Shown here: positions 48,852-59,538 of the stretch, piece by piece | How positions within the stretch are numbered: position 1 is the first letter of the stretch | How the letters are laid out: the number at the start of each line of letters is the position of its first letter | Assembly (NCBI GenBank): GCA_023140385.1 | Contig: JAGLLT010000017.1 | Coordinates: forward strand, 1,754 to 65,753 | Direction: 5' to 3' | DNA length: 64,000 nucleotides | Origin: Candidatus Omnitrophota bacterium | Lineage (GTDB): Bacteria; Omnitrophota; Gorgyraeia; JAGLLT01 | Made by a program: the position numbers and the translations under genes | The notes under the pieces: generated by a model | Told to the model about the DNA's origin: nothing | The model's database searches: none | Seen by the model: only the letters and a program-made list of their open reading frames with translations

Positions 48852-50546
48852 TTACTCCGAAGTTATCCTCAAGACCTCTTCTATTGTCGTCTGCCCCGCG
48901 AGAAACTTTTTAACGGCGTTCTCCCACAGCGTCTTCATACCTTTTGAAACAGCATATTCCTTAATCCTATCGCTTGACTCTTTAGCCAGAATCATATTTT
49001 TAATCTCTTCATCAATCTCCATAACCTCAATCGTCCCCATTCTTCCCATATAACCTGTGTTATTGCACTGCTTACATCCTTGAGCCTGATAGCCGGTAAT
49101 TTCTTCCTTCACGTTAATGCCTAATTTTTTTAGAACTTCCATAGGCACCCTATATTCACGGCGACAAGCGGAACAAACCCTTCTGCAAAGCCTTTGAGCA
49201 ACAACTAAAATAAGACTTGAAGCAATCAAAAAGGGCTCTATGCCCATATCAACCAGCCGCGTTATGGCGCCGGCAGCATCATTTGTATGAAGCGTACTGA
49301 AAATCAATAAGCCTGTAAGTGACGACTTAATGGCAATATCAGCCGTCTCCGAATCTCTAATCTCACCAACCATAATTACGTCTGGACTTTGTCTTAATAT
49401 TGATCTGAGCCCTCCGGCGAAAGTCAAACCTATTTCCGGTTTAACCTGAACCTGAGTTATCCCCTCAAGCTGATACTCTACAGGATCTTCGATAGTCATT
49501 AAACTCACCTTAGGCTTGTTAAGCTGATTTAAGATTGAATAGAGGGTCGTTGATTTACCTGAGCCGGTGGGCCCTGTAACCAAAATCATACCATAGGGCT
49601 TAAGGACAGCTCTCTTAAAGGCTTCAAGAGGCTCTGACAAAAAACCAAGCTTTTCCAGGCCGACACTCAAATTGGACTTATCAAGAGCTCTCATAACAAT
49701 TTTTTCACCATGAGCTATGGGCAGGCAGGAAACCCTAAAGTCGATTTCTTTGTCTTTAAATTTTACCTTAAACCTCCCATCCTGCGGCAGTCTTCTTTCG
49801 GTAATATCCAGATTGGACATTATTTTCAGGCGGGCAATAAGGGCATTCTGATACTTTTTCGGTATTTCAAAGGCCTCCTGAAGCTCCCCGTCAACACGGT
49901 AACGGATACGCAAAATATTTAGATAAGGCTCTAAGTGTATATCACTGGCCCTTTGCTTCAAGCCTTCGTCTATAATACGGCCAACCATCCTGATAACCGG
50001 AACCTTCTCATCAACCTGCATCATCTGAACCTCACCCTTTACATGCTCCAACTCCGATTCCTGTCCAGACCCCGCCTCATTTAGCATATCCATCACTCCG
50101 GCGTTAACACCTCCATAGGCTATCCTAATTGCCTTTTTAACCTCATCCGGAGTGCTGATAATTGGTTTAATTGTCATACTGGTTAAACTTTTAATATCAT
50201 CAAGGGCGAATATATTTAAAGGATCGGCCATAGCAATGGTCAGGGTATTGCCAATTTTTGAAAGAGGTATTACAAGATAATGACTGGCAATCTGTTCGGG
50301 AATAATCTTTAAAACTTCAAAGTCAATCTTATATTTGGAGAGCTTTATAATAGGTAGATTCAGTTGGCTCGCCAGACAGCTCATCAATTGCTCTTCACTG
50401 ACCGCCCCCTGCTTAACAAGAATCTTGCTTAGCAAACCTCCTTCATTCTTCTGAATTTGAATTGCCTTATCCAGAGCGTCCTTTGAAATGAACTGGCTAT
50501 CAAGTAACGTTTTTTTAATTTTTTCTTCAAGGCTAATTTTAGCCAT
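48852..50546 (-). CDS. pilB: Type IV pilus assembly ATPase PilB (copy 1)
   Basis: MshEN-like N-domain, ASDIHLEP, GPTGSGKST, GEIRD, Zn cysteines. Confidence 0.88.
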   Translation of the reverse strand: MAKISLEEKIKKTLLDSQFISKDALDKAIQIQKNEGGLLSKILVKQGAVSEEQLMSCLASQLNLPIIKLSKYKIDFEVLKIIPEQIASHYLVIPLSKIGNTLTIAMADPLNIFALDDIKSLTSMTIKPIISTPDEVKKAIRIAYGGVNAGVMDMLNEAGSGQESELEHVKGEVQMMQVDEKVPVIRMVGRIIDEGLKQRASDIHLEPYLNILRIRYRVDGELQEAFEIPKKYQNALIARLKIMSNLDITERRLPQDGRFKVKFKDKEIDFRVSCLPIAHGEKIVMRALDKSNLSVGLEKLGFLSEPLEAFKRAVLKPYGMILVTGPTGSGKSTTLYSILNQLNKPKVSLMTIEDPVEYQLEGITQVQVKPEIGLTFAGGLRSILRQSPDVIMVGEIRDSETADIAIKSSLTGLLIFSTLHTNDAAGAITRLVDMGIEPFLIASSLILVVAQRLCRRVCSACRREYRVPMEVLKKLGINVKEEITGYQAQGCKQCNNTGYMGRMGTIEVMEIDEEIKNMILAKESSDRIKEYAVSKGMKTLWENAVKKFLAGQTTIEEVLRITSE

Positions 50547-50576
50547 CTTATTTCTCTCTATGAAAAAAGTAAAAAG

Positions 50577-52298
50577 CTAAACTACTGTAACCCTTAATAT
50601 TTCCTCTAAGGCGGTAATTCCCTTGGCGGCTTTTATTAAGCCGTTTTCTCTAATGGTATTCATGCCCTCAGAGCCCGCCTGCTTTAATAAGCTGGCTTCT
50701 GATTCCCTCTTAATAATTATATCTTTGATCGCGCTTGACAAAAGAATGGCCTCGCTAATTACCACTCTTCCCTTGTAGCCCGTATTCTGACAGCTGGGAC
50801 AACCTTTTCCTTTATAAAAACTTTTTATCTCGGCGTTAATTTTCTTTTCAATTTTATCCAACCCAAGATTCTTCCTCAAATTATTATTTATTTCATAGGC
50901 CTCTTTGCAATTAGAACAAACTCTTCTAACTAATCTTTGAGCTATAAAAAGAAGACAGGATGAGGTAATTAAAAAAGGTTCTACGCCCATATCGACCATT
51001 CTGATTACAGAACCCGCGGCCGAGGTTGTGTGCAGGGTACTCAAAACAAGGTGTCCGGTTAAAGCGGCTTTGATAGCCACGTCAACGGTCTCAAAGTCCC
51101 TGATCTCGCCTACCATAATTATATCCGGATCCTGCCTTAATATTGACCTTAAGGCGGAAGCGAAGGTCAAGCCGGCCTTCGGCAGGCATGTTACTTGATT
51201 TACCCCCTCTAATTCATATTCAACCGGATCTTCTACAGTAACTATATTTTTGGCCGGGGAATTAACAAGCTGTAAAACTGAGTAAAGTGAGGTGGTTTTG
51301 CCGCAGCCGGTAGGCCCGCAGACCAAGATCATGCCGTGGGGGCGCCTGGCACTTTCCTTTAATCTTTCTAATACCTGCTCCTCAAAGCCAAGTTTATTAA
51401 TATCTAAAGTTGACGACGACTTATCCAAAACTCTCAGGGCAATCTTTTCTCCAAAGCTTGAAGGTAAAACAGACACCCGATAATCAACCTCTCTTTTCAG
51501 CACCCGGACTTTAAACCTTCCGTCTTGGGGAAGACGATGCTCGGCTATATTGAGATTTGACATTACCTTTATGCGAGAAATAATAGCGCTATGAAGAGCC
51601 TTGGGGACCGTCGGACTTTCCTGCAGGATTCCGTCCACTCTATACCTTACCGTTGTTTTCTTTTCCTGCGGCTCAATTAAAACATCGCTTGCCGCGCGCC
51701 TAACAGCTTCGGTAAGTATCAGGTTGGTTAATCTAATAACCGGCTTCTCGCCCATCATCTTCAGCAAGGTATCAGCATCCTGAACCTTGCCGTCTGAGCT
51801 CGCCTTAACGTCCTTCAAAAGGCTTTCATCGCCCTCCCTCAGGAGACTTTCAAGCTTCCCGCCCTGGCCGTAATACCTATCAAGGGCACTAAGGATTTCC
51901 TCTTCACTACTTATAATGGGATGAATAACAAATCTGGTTAAAGCCTTTAAATCATCAATGGCAAAAATATTTAAAGGATCGGACATAGCAATAGTTAAAG
52001 TATTGCTTATTTTTGAAACTGCTATTAAGACATACCGCCTGGCCAGCTCTTCCGGAATTAATTTAACAATCTCCTTGTCTATCCTGAGCTTGTCGAGAGA
52101 AATGAGTGGAATGCCCGAACTCTCACTTAAAGCCGCCATCAGGTCATCGTTTTTAACAAACTTTAAGGAAATCAATATATCTCTCAACTTCCCCTGTTTT
52201 TGTTTTTGTATCTTGAGTGCTTCCTCAAGCTGCTGGCGGGTAAGCAGTTTATTCTCTAATAAAATCTTAATAACTTCTTCTTTTAAGTTTTTCGCCAT
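50577..52298 (-). CDS. pilB: Type IV pilus assembly ATPase PilB (copy 2)
   Basis: MshEN-like N-domain, ASDVLIEP, GPTGCGKTT, RQDPD, GEIRD. Confidence 0.85.
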   Translation of the reverse strand: MAKNLKEEVIKILLENKLLTRQQLEEALKIQKQKQGKLRDILISLKFVKNDDLMAALSESSGIPLISLDKLRIDKEIVKLIPEELARRYVLIAVSKISNTLTIAMSDPLNIFAIDDLKALTRFVIHPIISSEEEILSALDRYYGQGGKLESLLREGDESLLKDVKASSDGKVQDADTLLKMMGEKPVIRLTNLILTEAVRRAASDVLIEPQEKKTTVRYRVDGILQESPTVPKALHSAIISRIKVMSNLNIAEHRLPQDGRFKVRVLKREVDYRVSVLPSSFGEKIALRVLDKSSSTLDINKLGFEEQVLERLKESARRPHGMILVCGPTGCGKTTSLYSVLQLVNSPAKNIVTVEDPVEYELEGVNQVTCLPKAGLTFASALRSILRQDPDIIMVGEIRDFETVDVAIKAALTGHLVLSTLHTTSAAGSVIRMVDMGVEPFLITSSCLLFIAQRLVRRVCSNCKEAYEINNNLRKNLGLDKIEKKINAEIKSFYKGKGCPSCQNTGYKGRVVISEAILLSSAIKDIIIKRESEASLLKQAGSEGMNTIRENGLIKAAKGITALEEILRVTVV

Positions 52299-52307
52299 CT
52301 ATAGATT

Positions 52308-52832
52308 TTACTCCTCGGGGGCGGTGCCGCCCTGACTGTTTTCTTCATCCACTTGTCGCGGAGCATTGCTAAAGTTAAGTTTAGCAATGTCCTCTTCCCG
52401 CGAAACGATACTTCCGTACAAGCGGTTTATAGCGTCCTTTATATCACTTGCCGTACTGACAAAGGCCGTAACCTTACAGTTCGTTATATACTCAAGGTCT
52501 TTTATGGCAAAATCATTTAGCGGATCTGACATAACTACAGTCAAAACATTCCCAATTTTGTCAATGGGAATAAGAAAATATTGCCTGGCAACGTTCTCCG
52601 GCACAAGCTTTATTGCCTCAATATTAATGTCATAATTACTCAAAGGCAGATAAGGAAAACCGTACTGATCAGCCAGGGACATAACCAAATTCTCTTCACT
52701 AATAAAATTCAGCTCAATTAAAATCTGCCCTAAAAGGCCGCCCTTTTCTTTTTGAGACTTCAGGGCTTCATCTAACTGAACCTGCGTAATTATCTTTTTC
52801 TCAATGAGAAGCTGTCCCAGCTGTTTTTTCAT
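52308..52832 (-). CDS. Standalone MshEN (T2SSE_N) domain protein
   Basis: QLGQLLIEKKIITQVQLDEALKSQ-KEKGG-LLGQILIELNFISEENL; MSDPL; no ATPase domain. Confidence 0.85.
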   Translation of the reverse strand: MKKQLGQLLIEKKIITQVQLDEALKSQKEKGGLLGQILIELNFISEENLVMSLADQYGFPYLPLSNYDINIEAIKLVPENVARQYFLIPIDKIGNVLTVVMSDPLNDFAIKDLEYITNCKVTAFVSTASDIKDAINRLYGSIVSREEDIAKLNFSNAPRQVDEENSQGGTAPEE

Positions 52833-52853
52833 CTCTGCGTCCTTTTCAAATGG

Positions 52854-55800
52854 TTATTCTTTTAACTTTCTCTTGACGCTTTCTATCGCTTTACTAACCT
52901 TTCTTCTTACTTCATCATTACTGTATTGAGAATAAAGTTTCAGGGTTTCAAGGCAGCCCCTGTCTCCTATAAGCCCCATAACCTCTATAATATTCATAAT
53001 AACTTCTACATCTCTGGTGGCCGATAATTCACGCCTTAACTCTTCAAGGGACTTACTTCCGAATTTTGCGAGAATTTCAGCTATGTATCGCCTGTTTAAA
53101 TAAGCATCATAGGGATCAATCCTTTTGTTAGGTTTAGATAAAAGATTGACAAAATAATCTACCGTCCCTTCGCCCGCTTCATCAATCAGCGAAGCAATGG
53201 CTTCAGCGTCTGTTCTTCTTACCTTTACCTTAAACACTCCGGCAAGAGCCTTTACGTTTTCCTTTTTAGCAATCTGAGCCAAAACTTTGCTTAAAACATT
53301 CTTCCGCTCTTCGCCGATTTTCTCACCGGGCGCAGTAATTTCCTTAATAAACCGGGTTATGGAAACAGCCAAATCAAATTCCTTCTTATTAATAAAGATG
53401 CCGATAAGCCTGTCTAAAACGAGACTTTCCGAGGTAAAAACTGAAAGATCCTTTTCACCGCCTATCACATCCACAAGACACCTGCTTATAAAACGCAGGC
53501 AATCTATAGCATCATTGGAGCTTAAAATATCTACTATGCTCTGAAGATTAGCCGCTACATATAGACGAACCTGACAATTTTCAGACTCAAAATTTTTAAA
53601 TATTTTACTCAGGGCTTCATTAACTACCTCTTCTTTGTTGTCCAAAAGCAGTTCATAGAAGACCTCCTTCACGCTTTCTAAAAGTTCCTGATCCAAGAAG
53701 GACTCCGCGGACAAAGACTTTATTTTAATAAGCTTATCAGAATAAGAGAGGTTGCGCCATAAATCAGGTTTTAAAAAACTAAGAAACTGCTCATTGGAAA
53801 TGCCGCAAGCGGAAAAACTCTGACTCATTGATTCAAGAATACCAACCCTTCTTTTCTTATCCGGCAAGAACCTTTTTATGTAATCTTTTATGTCGGTAAA
53901 ATTAACTTTACCCTGCTTATATCTCTCACATTCCTGCGCGAAAAAAGTTTCTATTTTGCTATCAGGAAGTTCGCTAAAGGCTTTAGCCATTTCATCGGAG
54001 GTAATTCCCACATTTTTAAGATTTTTCTGTTTTAAAATCTGAGAGCGCAGCTCAGGCTGTAGATTAAGTACAAACTGTAGAAGGTTTTCCTTATACCGCT
54101 TTTGTTTTTCAGAATTTTCCTTTAAAACCTCACTTTTCATCTTTTTTAAACTTTGCTTTACGATATCAGCTTTTTCGTTTATGTTCATGTTCTGAAAATC
54201 AAAATCACTCTCAGCGGCACCAGGGCCTTCCGGGCCTTTAGAAAAAATCCCGGCTAAATAATCCGGGTTCCGGCCTAAAACATCAAGCATAGAACTTCTT
54301 GAATCAGTTGAAGCTTCCGGTCTACTAAGCATATAATTTATTAGCATTACTTCATTAATCTTGCTTCTTTTTTCCTGCGGCCGGCCAAGCTTCTTTCTTA
54401 ATATCTTCTCGTAATGAACCATGATAAGCTTAATGCCCGCTACGTTATTTTGCTTAAGTATAGCCTGCAGGCCGCCCAAATCATCTATCTCTGACGTTTT
54501 TTTTGAAAGAGCCGTGAGAAAAACGTCAAGCTCTCCTTCTTTCACGTCTTTCTCAAAGAAAAAAGACTGTATTCTATACTTTTTTAATAAAGAAGCGAGG
54601 CTGCCGATTACTGCGCTTCTAACATCCTTAGCCCTCAGCTCTCCCCCATTTACTAGAAGATAACCCTCAACATCAGAAAAAGAAATCACCTCATATCCCT
54701 TAAAAAGCTCTCCTAAATAATTATATAACTCCCTCACCGAATCAACCCTGACCTTGCTCCCCTTGGGATATAATCCATAATTTACAATCCCGGCCCTTAA
54801 AGAAACAATAACCTTAATGATAAGCCTATAGTCATCTTTTTTAAGCGGCTCTACAGCAAGAGGCAACTCCTCCTCCTCTTCTTCTTTTAGGCCGGCCAAC
54901 TCTCTTGATAAGACTTCCTGCAAATACTGGTTAGCTTCATCCGAATTAAAACTTCTTAAGGCTTCATCTTGGGCAATCTTTTCATAATCGGATGCCTTTT
55001 TCGCGTCTTTGGCCTTTTTAAAATGATAGGCAAGAAGGTTAGCCGCGGCCTGCGGATTGCTACTGCTTGACGCCTCCGCGATCTGAGCGAATTTTTCATG
55101 AAGTTTATTGCGCTCATTTTCCTGAACTTCGTCATAAAGCAGCTCCCAGAGCAGTTTATTTCTAAAACTAAATATCTCCTGCCCCCCTGTTTCGCGGGAA
55201 TCAATAAACATCTTCTGCCTGGACCGCTCTATCATCTCGCCGATGTAGCCGGGACTTTTACCAGTCATCTTTTCCAGAGCTTCAAGGCTGAACTCTTGCC
55301 CCAAAACAGCCGCGTTAGACAAAAAATACTTGGTCTCTTCATCCATATGCTTAAGCTTATCCTGTATAATTTCCTTGATACCTAAAGATATATCATCGTC
55401 TTTGATTTCCTTTTTACGCCATTTTTCGTCTTTAAAGTAAATTGAACCGTTTTCGATAAGTTTTCTCAAGGACTCTTCTATAAAATACGGATTACCTTCT
55501 GTTCTTGAGTAAAATAACTGATTTAACTTGTCATCAAATTCCAAGTCGCCAAAAATAGAGTTAATCATCTTTTTGGTTTCCTCGGAGCTAAGCGGCTTAA
55601 GTTCTACGCAAAGACTTTTTTGATTTCGCTGTAACTGTTCATATAACTGCCGTAGTATTATATTCTCATCAAACCTTCTTATTAATTCCGAGTAGCGAAA
55701 AGCGCATACAATACAGATTTTTTCATTTACCTCATTGCTTAACAAATAATTAATAAGAGAAATCGTGGCCAAGTCGACCCACTGAAAATTGTCAAAAGTT

Positions 55801-56864
55801 ATAAATAAAGGCTTTTGCTGAGATAACTTTATCATCAGTTCCGCCAACGCCTTAAAAAGATGGGATCTGAAGTTTTTTTCGTCAAGTTTTACCTTTTCAA
55901 TCCGGCGGCTTGAAAACTTTTGAAGGGCCGGCTCCAACTCAATCAGGCAAGAAAGCTCTATCTCAGACAAGCTGTCAATTATCCGCTTGGCTCCATCCCC
56001 AAGCGACTTCATAACCCCCTCAAGGTTGGCCGATAAGACCTGATATGGTTGGGAAGATATGACTTCAGTGCAGCGGGCCGCTAATGAAAGACTTTCTTTT
56101 GACAGAGCATAACTCGCGGCTTCTAATTGAAGCTTGCTTTTTCCCAAGCCTGCTTCAGCCTGTATAAGAACCGTCCTGGCTGTATTATTCCCAAAACTAT
56201 CGTCTATTACCTCTTTAATTCTCTTTAAGTTCTTTTCTTTTCCGATAATCTCAAAAGACAAAAGTTCAAATACTTTATCTTTATTCAATATATCTTCGGG
56301 TACTTGCGTAAATATGGAAACTCTGTTTCTACCGGTTCTTTTAGATAAATATAAGGCTTCATCCGCGCGATAAATAAGTTTTTCGGCGACTTGCGCGTCA
56401 CGCGGATACAAGGCAAGGCCCAGACTTAAGGTTAAGTTTATATCGCGCTGGCCGCCTTCTCCCGCAAAAACATACTGTGAAATCCTGCCTATCAGCCTCC
56501 CGGAGATCTTTAACGCGTCGCCTTCAGCCGTCATAGGCAGTATCACAATAAATTCATCACCGGCATATCTTATTATCTCATCATACTCACGAAAACTCTC
56601 CCTCAGTAAATCAGCCACCTCCATCAACACCTTATCTCCTCTCAGATGCCCATAGGTATCATTAATCTCTTTAAACTTATCTATATCTATCATAAATAGC
56701 GATAAAGGGTACTGTTCTCTGTCGGCCTTTTCTATATTTTCTCCAAGGCATTTATTTAGATAACGCCTGTTATGAAGATTAGTCAGATCATCCCGATAGA
56801 TTAGTTCCTGTACTGCCTCTTTGTCCTCTATATAAAGTTGTTTTTTCCTTCGATCTCTCTGCAT
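52854..56864 (-). CDS. GGDEF, STAND-like AAA ATPase and helical/HEAT-repeat protein
   Basis: DDLTNLHNRR, RYAGDEF; Walker A AEAGLGKS, FDNFQWVD, TEGNPYF; HEAT-like C-terminus. Confidence 0.85.
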   Translation of the reverse strand: MQRDRRKKQLYIEDKEAVQELIYRDDLTNLHNRRYLNKCLGENIEKADREQYPLSLFMIDIDKFKEINDTYGHLRGDKVLMEVADLLRESFREYDEIIRYAGDEFIVILPMTAEGDALKISGRLIGRISQYVFAGEGGQRDINLTLSLGLALYPRDAQVAEKLIYRADEALYLSKRTGRNRVSIFTQVPEDILNKDKVFELLSFEIIGKEKNLKRIKEVIDDSFGNNTARTVLIQAEAGLGKSKLQLEAASYALSKESLSLAARCTEVISSQPYQVLSANLEGVMKSLGDGAKRIIDSLSEIELSCLIELEPALQKFSSRRIEKVKLDEKNFRSHLFKALAELMIKLSQQKPLFITFDNFQWVDLATISLINYLLSNEVNEKICIVCAFRYSELIRRFDENIILRQLYEQLQRNQKSLCVELKPLSSEETKKMINSIFGDLEFDDKLNQLFYSRTEGNPYFIEESLRKLIENGSIYFKDEKWRKKEIKDDDISLGIKEIIQDKLKHMDEETKYFLSNAAVLGQEFSLEALEKMTGKSPGYIGEMIERSRQKMFIDSRETGGQEIFSFRNKLLWELLYDEVQENERNKLHEKFAQIAEASSSSNPQAAANLLAYHFKKAKDAKKASDYEKIAQDEALRSFNSDEANQYLQEVLSRELAGLKEEEEEELPLAVEPLKKDDYRLIIKVIVSLRAGIVNYGLYPKGSKVRVDSVRELYNYLGELFKGYEVISFSDVEGYLLVNGGELRAKDVRSAVIGSLASLLKKYRIQSFFFEKDVKEGELDVFLTALSKKTSEIDDLGGLQAILKQNNVAGIKLIMVHYEKILRKKLGRPQEKRSKINEVMLINYMLSRPEASTDSRSSMLDVLGRNPDYLAGIFSKGPEGPGAAESDFDFQNMNINEKADIVKQSLKKMKSEVLKENSEKQKRYKENLLQFVLNLQPELRSQILKQKNLKNVGITSDEMAKAFSELPDSKIETFFAQECERYKQGKVNFTDIKDYIKRFLPDKKRRVGILESMSQSFSACGISNEQFLSFLKPDLWRNLSYSDKLIKIKSLSAESFLDQELLESVKEVFYELLLDNKEEVVNEALSKIFKNFESENCQVRLYVAANLQSIVDILSSNDAIDCLRFISRCLVDVIGGEKDLSVFTSESLVLDRLIGIFINKKEFDLAVSITRFIKEITAPGEKIGEERKNVLSKVLAQIAKKENVKALAGVFKVKVRRTDAEAIASLIDEAGEGTVDYFVNLLSKPNKRIDPYDAYLNRRYIAEILAKFGSKSLEELRRELSATRDVEVIMNIIEVMGLIGDRGCLETLKLYSQYSNDEVRRKVSKAIESVKRKLKE

Positions 56865-56879
56865 AACGCTTAGACACCT

Positions 56880-57953
56880 CTAAAGATCCTTTAACATCCT
56901 CTTTAAATCTTCTACTTCGTTTGTTCTTGATAAGGCAGATTCATAATCAATTCTTCCCAACTGACAAAGCTCTTTTAGGCTGTGATTCATCGCTTTCATC
57001 CCATCCTTCTGTGAAGTCTGTATTACGGAATATATCTGATGAATCTTTTGTTCCCTTATTAAACTCCTGACGGCAGGAGTTAAAACCAACAGTTCAAACG
57101 CCAAAACTCTACCGGAACCGCTGGCCCTAGGTATCAACTGCTGTGATATAACGGCGTTTAACACAAAAGAAAGCTGTACCCTTACCTGTTCCTGCTGGTG
57201 CTGAGGAAAAACGTCAATTATCCTGTTAATCGTTTGAGCGGAGTCCGAAGTATGAAGTGTTGCCAAAACCAGATGCCCTGTCTCGGCGGCGTTTAGAGCC
57301 AACTCTATGCTCACTAAATCTCTCATCTCACCGATTAATATAACATCTGGATCCTGACGGAGGACATGCTTGAGAGCCTGAGAAAAAGAATGGGTGTCGC
57401 GGCCTACTTCACGCTGATCAATAACCGCTTTTTTATTCGAGTATAAATACTCTATCGGATCCTCTATAGTTACAATATGAACCGGGCGATCATTATTAAT
57501 AAACTCTACCATGGCGGCTAAGGTGGTTGATTTTCCGCTTCCCGTCGCGCCGGTTATTAGCACCAGCCCTTTATTCTTCACGCACAATTCAGTCATAGTG
57601 TTGACCGGCAGGCCGCACCCCTCAAAAGACATAATTTTGGCCGGCAAGGCCCTGATAGCAACCCCGATTTTTCCTTTTTGATAAAACACATTGGCTCTAA
57701 AACGCGCTATCTTTTCTATGCCAAAGGACATGTCCAGCTCGAGATCCCTTTCAAGAGCCTTTTTTTGATCTTCGCTAAGAATACCGCTTAGCAGATTTTG
57801 TATCTCCTCACTGCTGAGACTCTCGTAATCACAGGGAATTAGCTTCTCGTCAACTCTAAAATGCGGAACAGAGTCAGATGATAAATGCAGGTCAGACGCC
57901 TTTTTCTCTACCATCAACAATAAAGCTTCCTTAAGAACAGTTAACCTGGTCAA
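56880..57953 (-). CDS. pilT: Type IV pilus retraction ATPase
   Basis: GATGSGKST, EDPIE, QREVG, RQDPD, AVRSLIRE; TTG start with AGGAGG RBS. Confidence 0.93.
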   Translation of the reverse strand: MTRLTVLKEALLLMVEKKASDLHLSSDSVPHFRVDEKLIPCDYESLSSEEIQNLLSGILSEDQKKALERDLELDMSFGIEKIARFRANVFYQKGKIGVAIRALPAKIMSFEGCGLPVNTMTELCVKNKGLVLITGATGSGKSTTLAAMVEFINNDRPVHIVTIEDPIEYLYSNKKAVIDQREVGRDTHSFSQALKHVLRQDPDVILIGEMRDLVSIELALNAAETGHLVLATLHTSDSAQTINRIIDVFPQHQQEQVRVQLSFVLNAVISQQLIPRASGSGRVLAFELLVLTPAVRSLIREQKIHQIYSVIQTSQKDGMKAMNHSLKELCQLGRIDYESALSRTNEVEDLKRMLKDL

Positions 57954-58002
57954 AACACACCTCCTTATGGAAATTTAGCGTTAGGATAATAATAAATTAT
58001 TA

Positions 58003-59424
58003 TCAAGTATATACTTTATTGGCGTCTTGAGACCGCGCCCGATCCAACAGCTTCCGGGCCTTGATGACTAACTCCTCAGAGCTCATCCCGTCCAATGGAT
58101 TAGCCGTTACCGCCGCGCTTACGGTTATATTTTTCTCGGGCATTGACTCCTGATTTGCAAAGTCAAAATTCTCAATTTTCTCTCTGATTTTATCAGCTGT
58201 CATATGAGCTTCTTTTTTATTCTTCTCAGGAAGAATCAAAGCAAAAGCACACTGTTCAAACCTGCCCACCTTATCTATCCGCTCAACGTTTGCCTTTATG
58301 ATAGAGGCTATTTTTTTCAATATCTCATCCGAAACCTGCTTGCCAAATCTGTCCTGGCAAGCGTCAAAATTATCGACTTCCACTAAGATAAAAGAACACG
58401 GCCGCTGATATGTAATAGCTCTTTGAATCTCCTCATTTAAACGTTCTCTTAGATATTTTATATTATATAGCCCCGTCAACTCATCTCTTACTGAAAGCTC
58501 TTTGGTTTTATTCATAAGCAAGTTATTTTCTATAGCAATAGAAATCTGCTTACTAAAGACCTTCATCAGCTCCAGGTCATCACTCGCGAAACTAAAATCA
58601 TTTTTATTGTTACCGAGAATCATATCGCACTTAACCTCACCGTGAAGTACAACAGGAAAAACAATTATGTTATTTAAATTCAGGCTTTTTTTTAAGCTCT
58701 TTGTTGCACCATCAACTCTGTGCTTCTTATCCAAAACTAAGCTTTCCCGCTGCTTTGAAAGCCTGGCAAGAACACCTTCGGAAAAATCTTTTTCAAGGGC
58801 TTCCATTTCTTCGGGTTTAAGATTATTAGTAGCCTTTATCTTTACCCCGGCGCCTTCCGCCTCAAAAATTACCAAAAAGCTTTTCTCGCAGTCAACAACA
58901 TCAGGAAGTCTTTCGATTACAGTCTGCAATATTACGCTAAGATCTCCGGCGCCGGACATAATGCTGCTAACCTGAAAAAGAGTCGATAGGGCTGTCATTT
59001 TTTTATTGATGTCCAGATTAATGCTTCTTATCTGCTCCTCATAGCCCTTTAAAGTATCTACATTTTTATTTATTTTTGAAGCCATTGAGTTAATAGAAAT
59101 ACTTAAATCACCGATTTCATCCTCTCTGTTAGTCGGAATTTGCCCAAGATCATTGCCGTCTGTATAAAGTTTGAGTTTTTTAGAAATCTGAATAACAGGA
59201 TCAACGATGCTTTTAGCCACAAACAGGCCCAAAAGCGCTATAATGGTTGTTATTAAAACCAACAGGCTGGTGTCACCGATAATTATATCCTGCTCATACA
59301 CGTATTTATTTATAAGAACTCCACAGAGTAAAAGGGGCATAATTGACATAAGGCTAAAAGCTAAGATTAATTTATACTTCAGGCCCTTTGGCATTAAAGA
59401 TACCGCTTTAAATAACTTATACAT
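58003..59424 (-). CDS. TM-HAMP-GAF protein with degenerate GGDEF domain
   Basis: Two TMs, EDEIGDL, DELTGLYN; active site reads RFEQCAF. Confidence 0.85.
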   Translation of the reverse strand: MYKLFKAVSLMPKGLKYKLILAFSLMSIMPLLLCGVLINKYVYEQDIIIGDTSLLVLITTIIALLGLFVAKSIVDPVIQISKKLKLYTDGNDLGQIPTNREDEIGDLSISINSMASKINKNVDTLKGYEEQIRSINLDINKKMTALSTLFQVSSIMSGAGDLSVILQTVIERLPDVVDCEKSFLVIFEAEGAGVKIKATNNLKPEEMEALEKDFSEGVLARLSKQRESLVLDKKHRVDGATKSLKKSLNLNNIIVFPVVLHGEVKCDMILGNNKNDFSFASDDLELMKVFSKQISIAIENNLLMNKTKELSVRDELTGLYNIKYLRERLNEEIQRAITYQRPCSFILVEVDNFDACQDRFGKQVSDEILKKIASIIKANVERIDKVGRFEQCAFALILPEKNKKEAHMTADKIREKIENFDFANQESMPEKNITVSAAVTANPLDGMSSEELVIKARKLLDRARSQDANKVYT

Positions 59425-59499
59425 TACAAGTCCCCTCCGATCAAAACAACATTTTTAAACTGAATTTAAAAACTTTAAATTATTTAAATACTTCACTTA

Positions 59500-59528
59500 A
59501 GTATACTATATAAAAAAAATTTAGTCAA
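59500..59528 (-). promoter_or_regulatory. Sigma70-type promoter of the pilus/c-di-GMP operon
   Basis: TTGACT-17 nt-TATACT. Confidence 0.65.
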
Positions 59529-59538
59529 GGTCGCCGGA

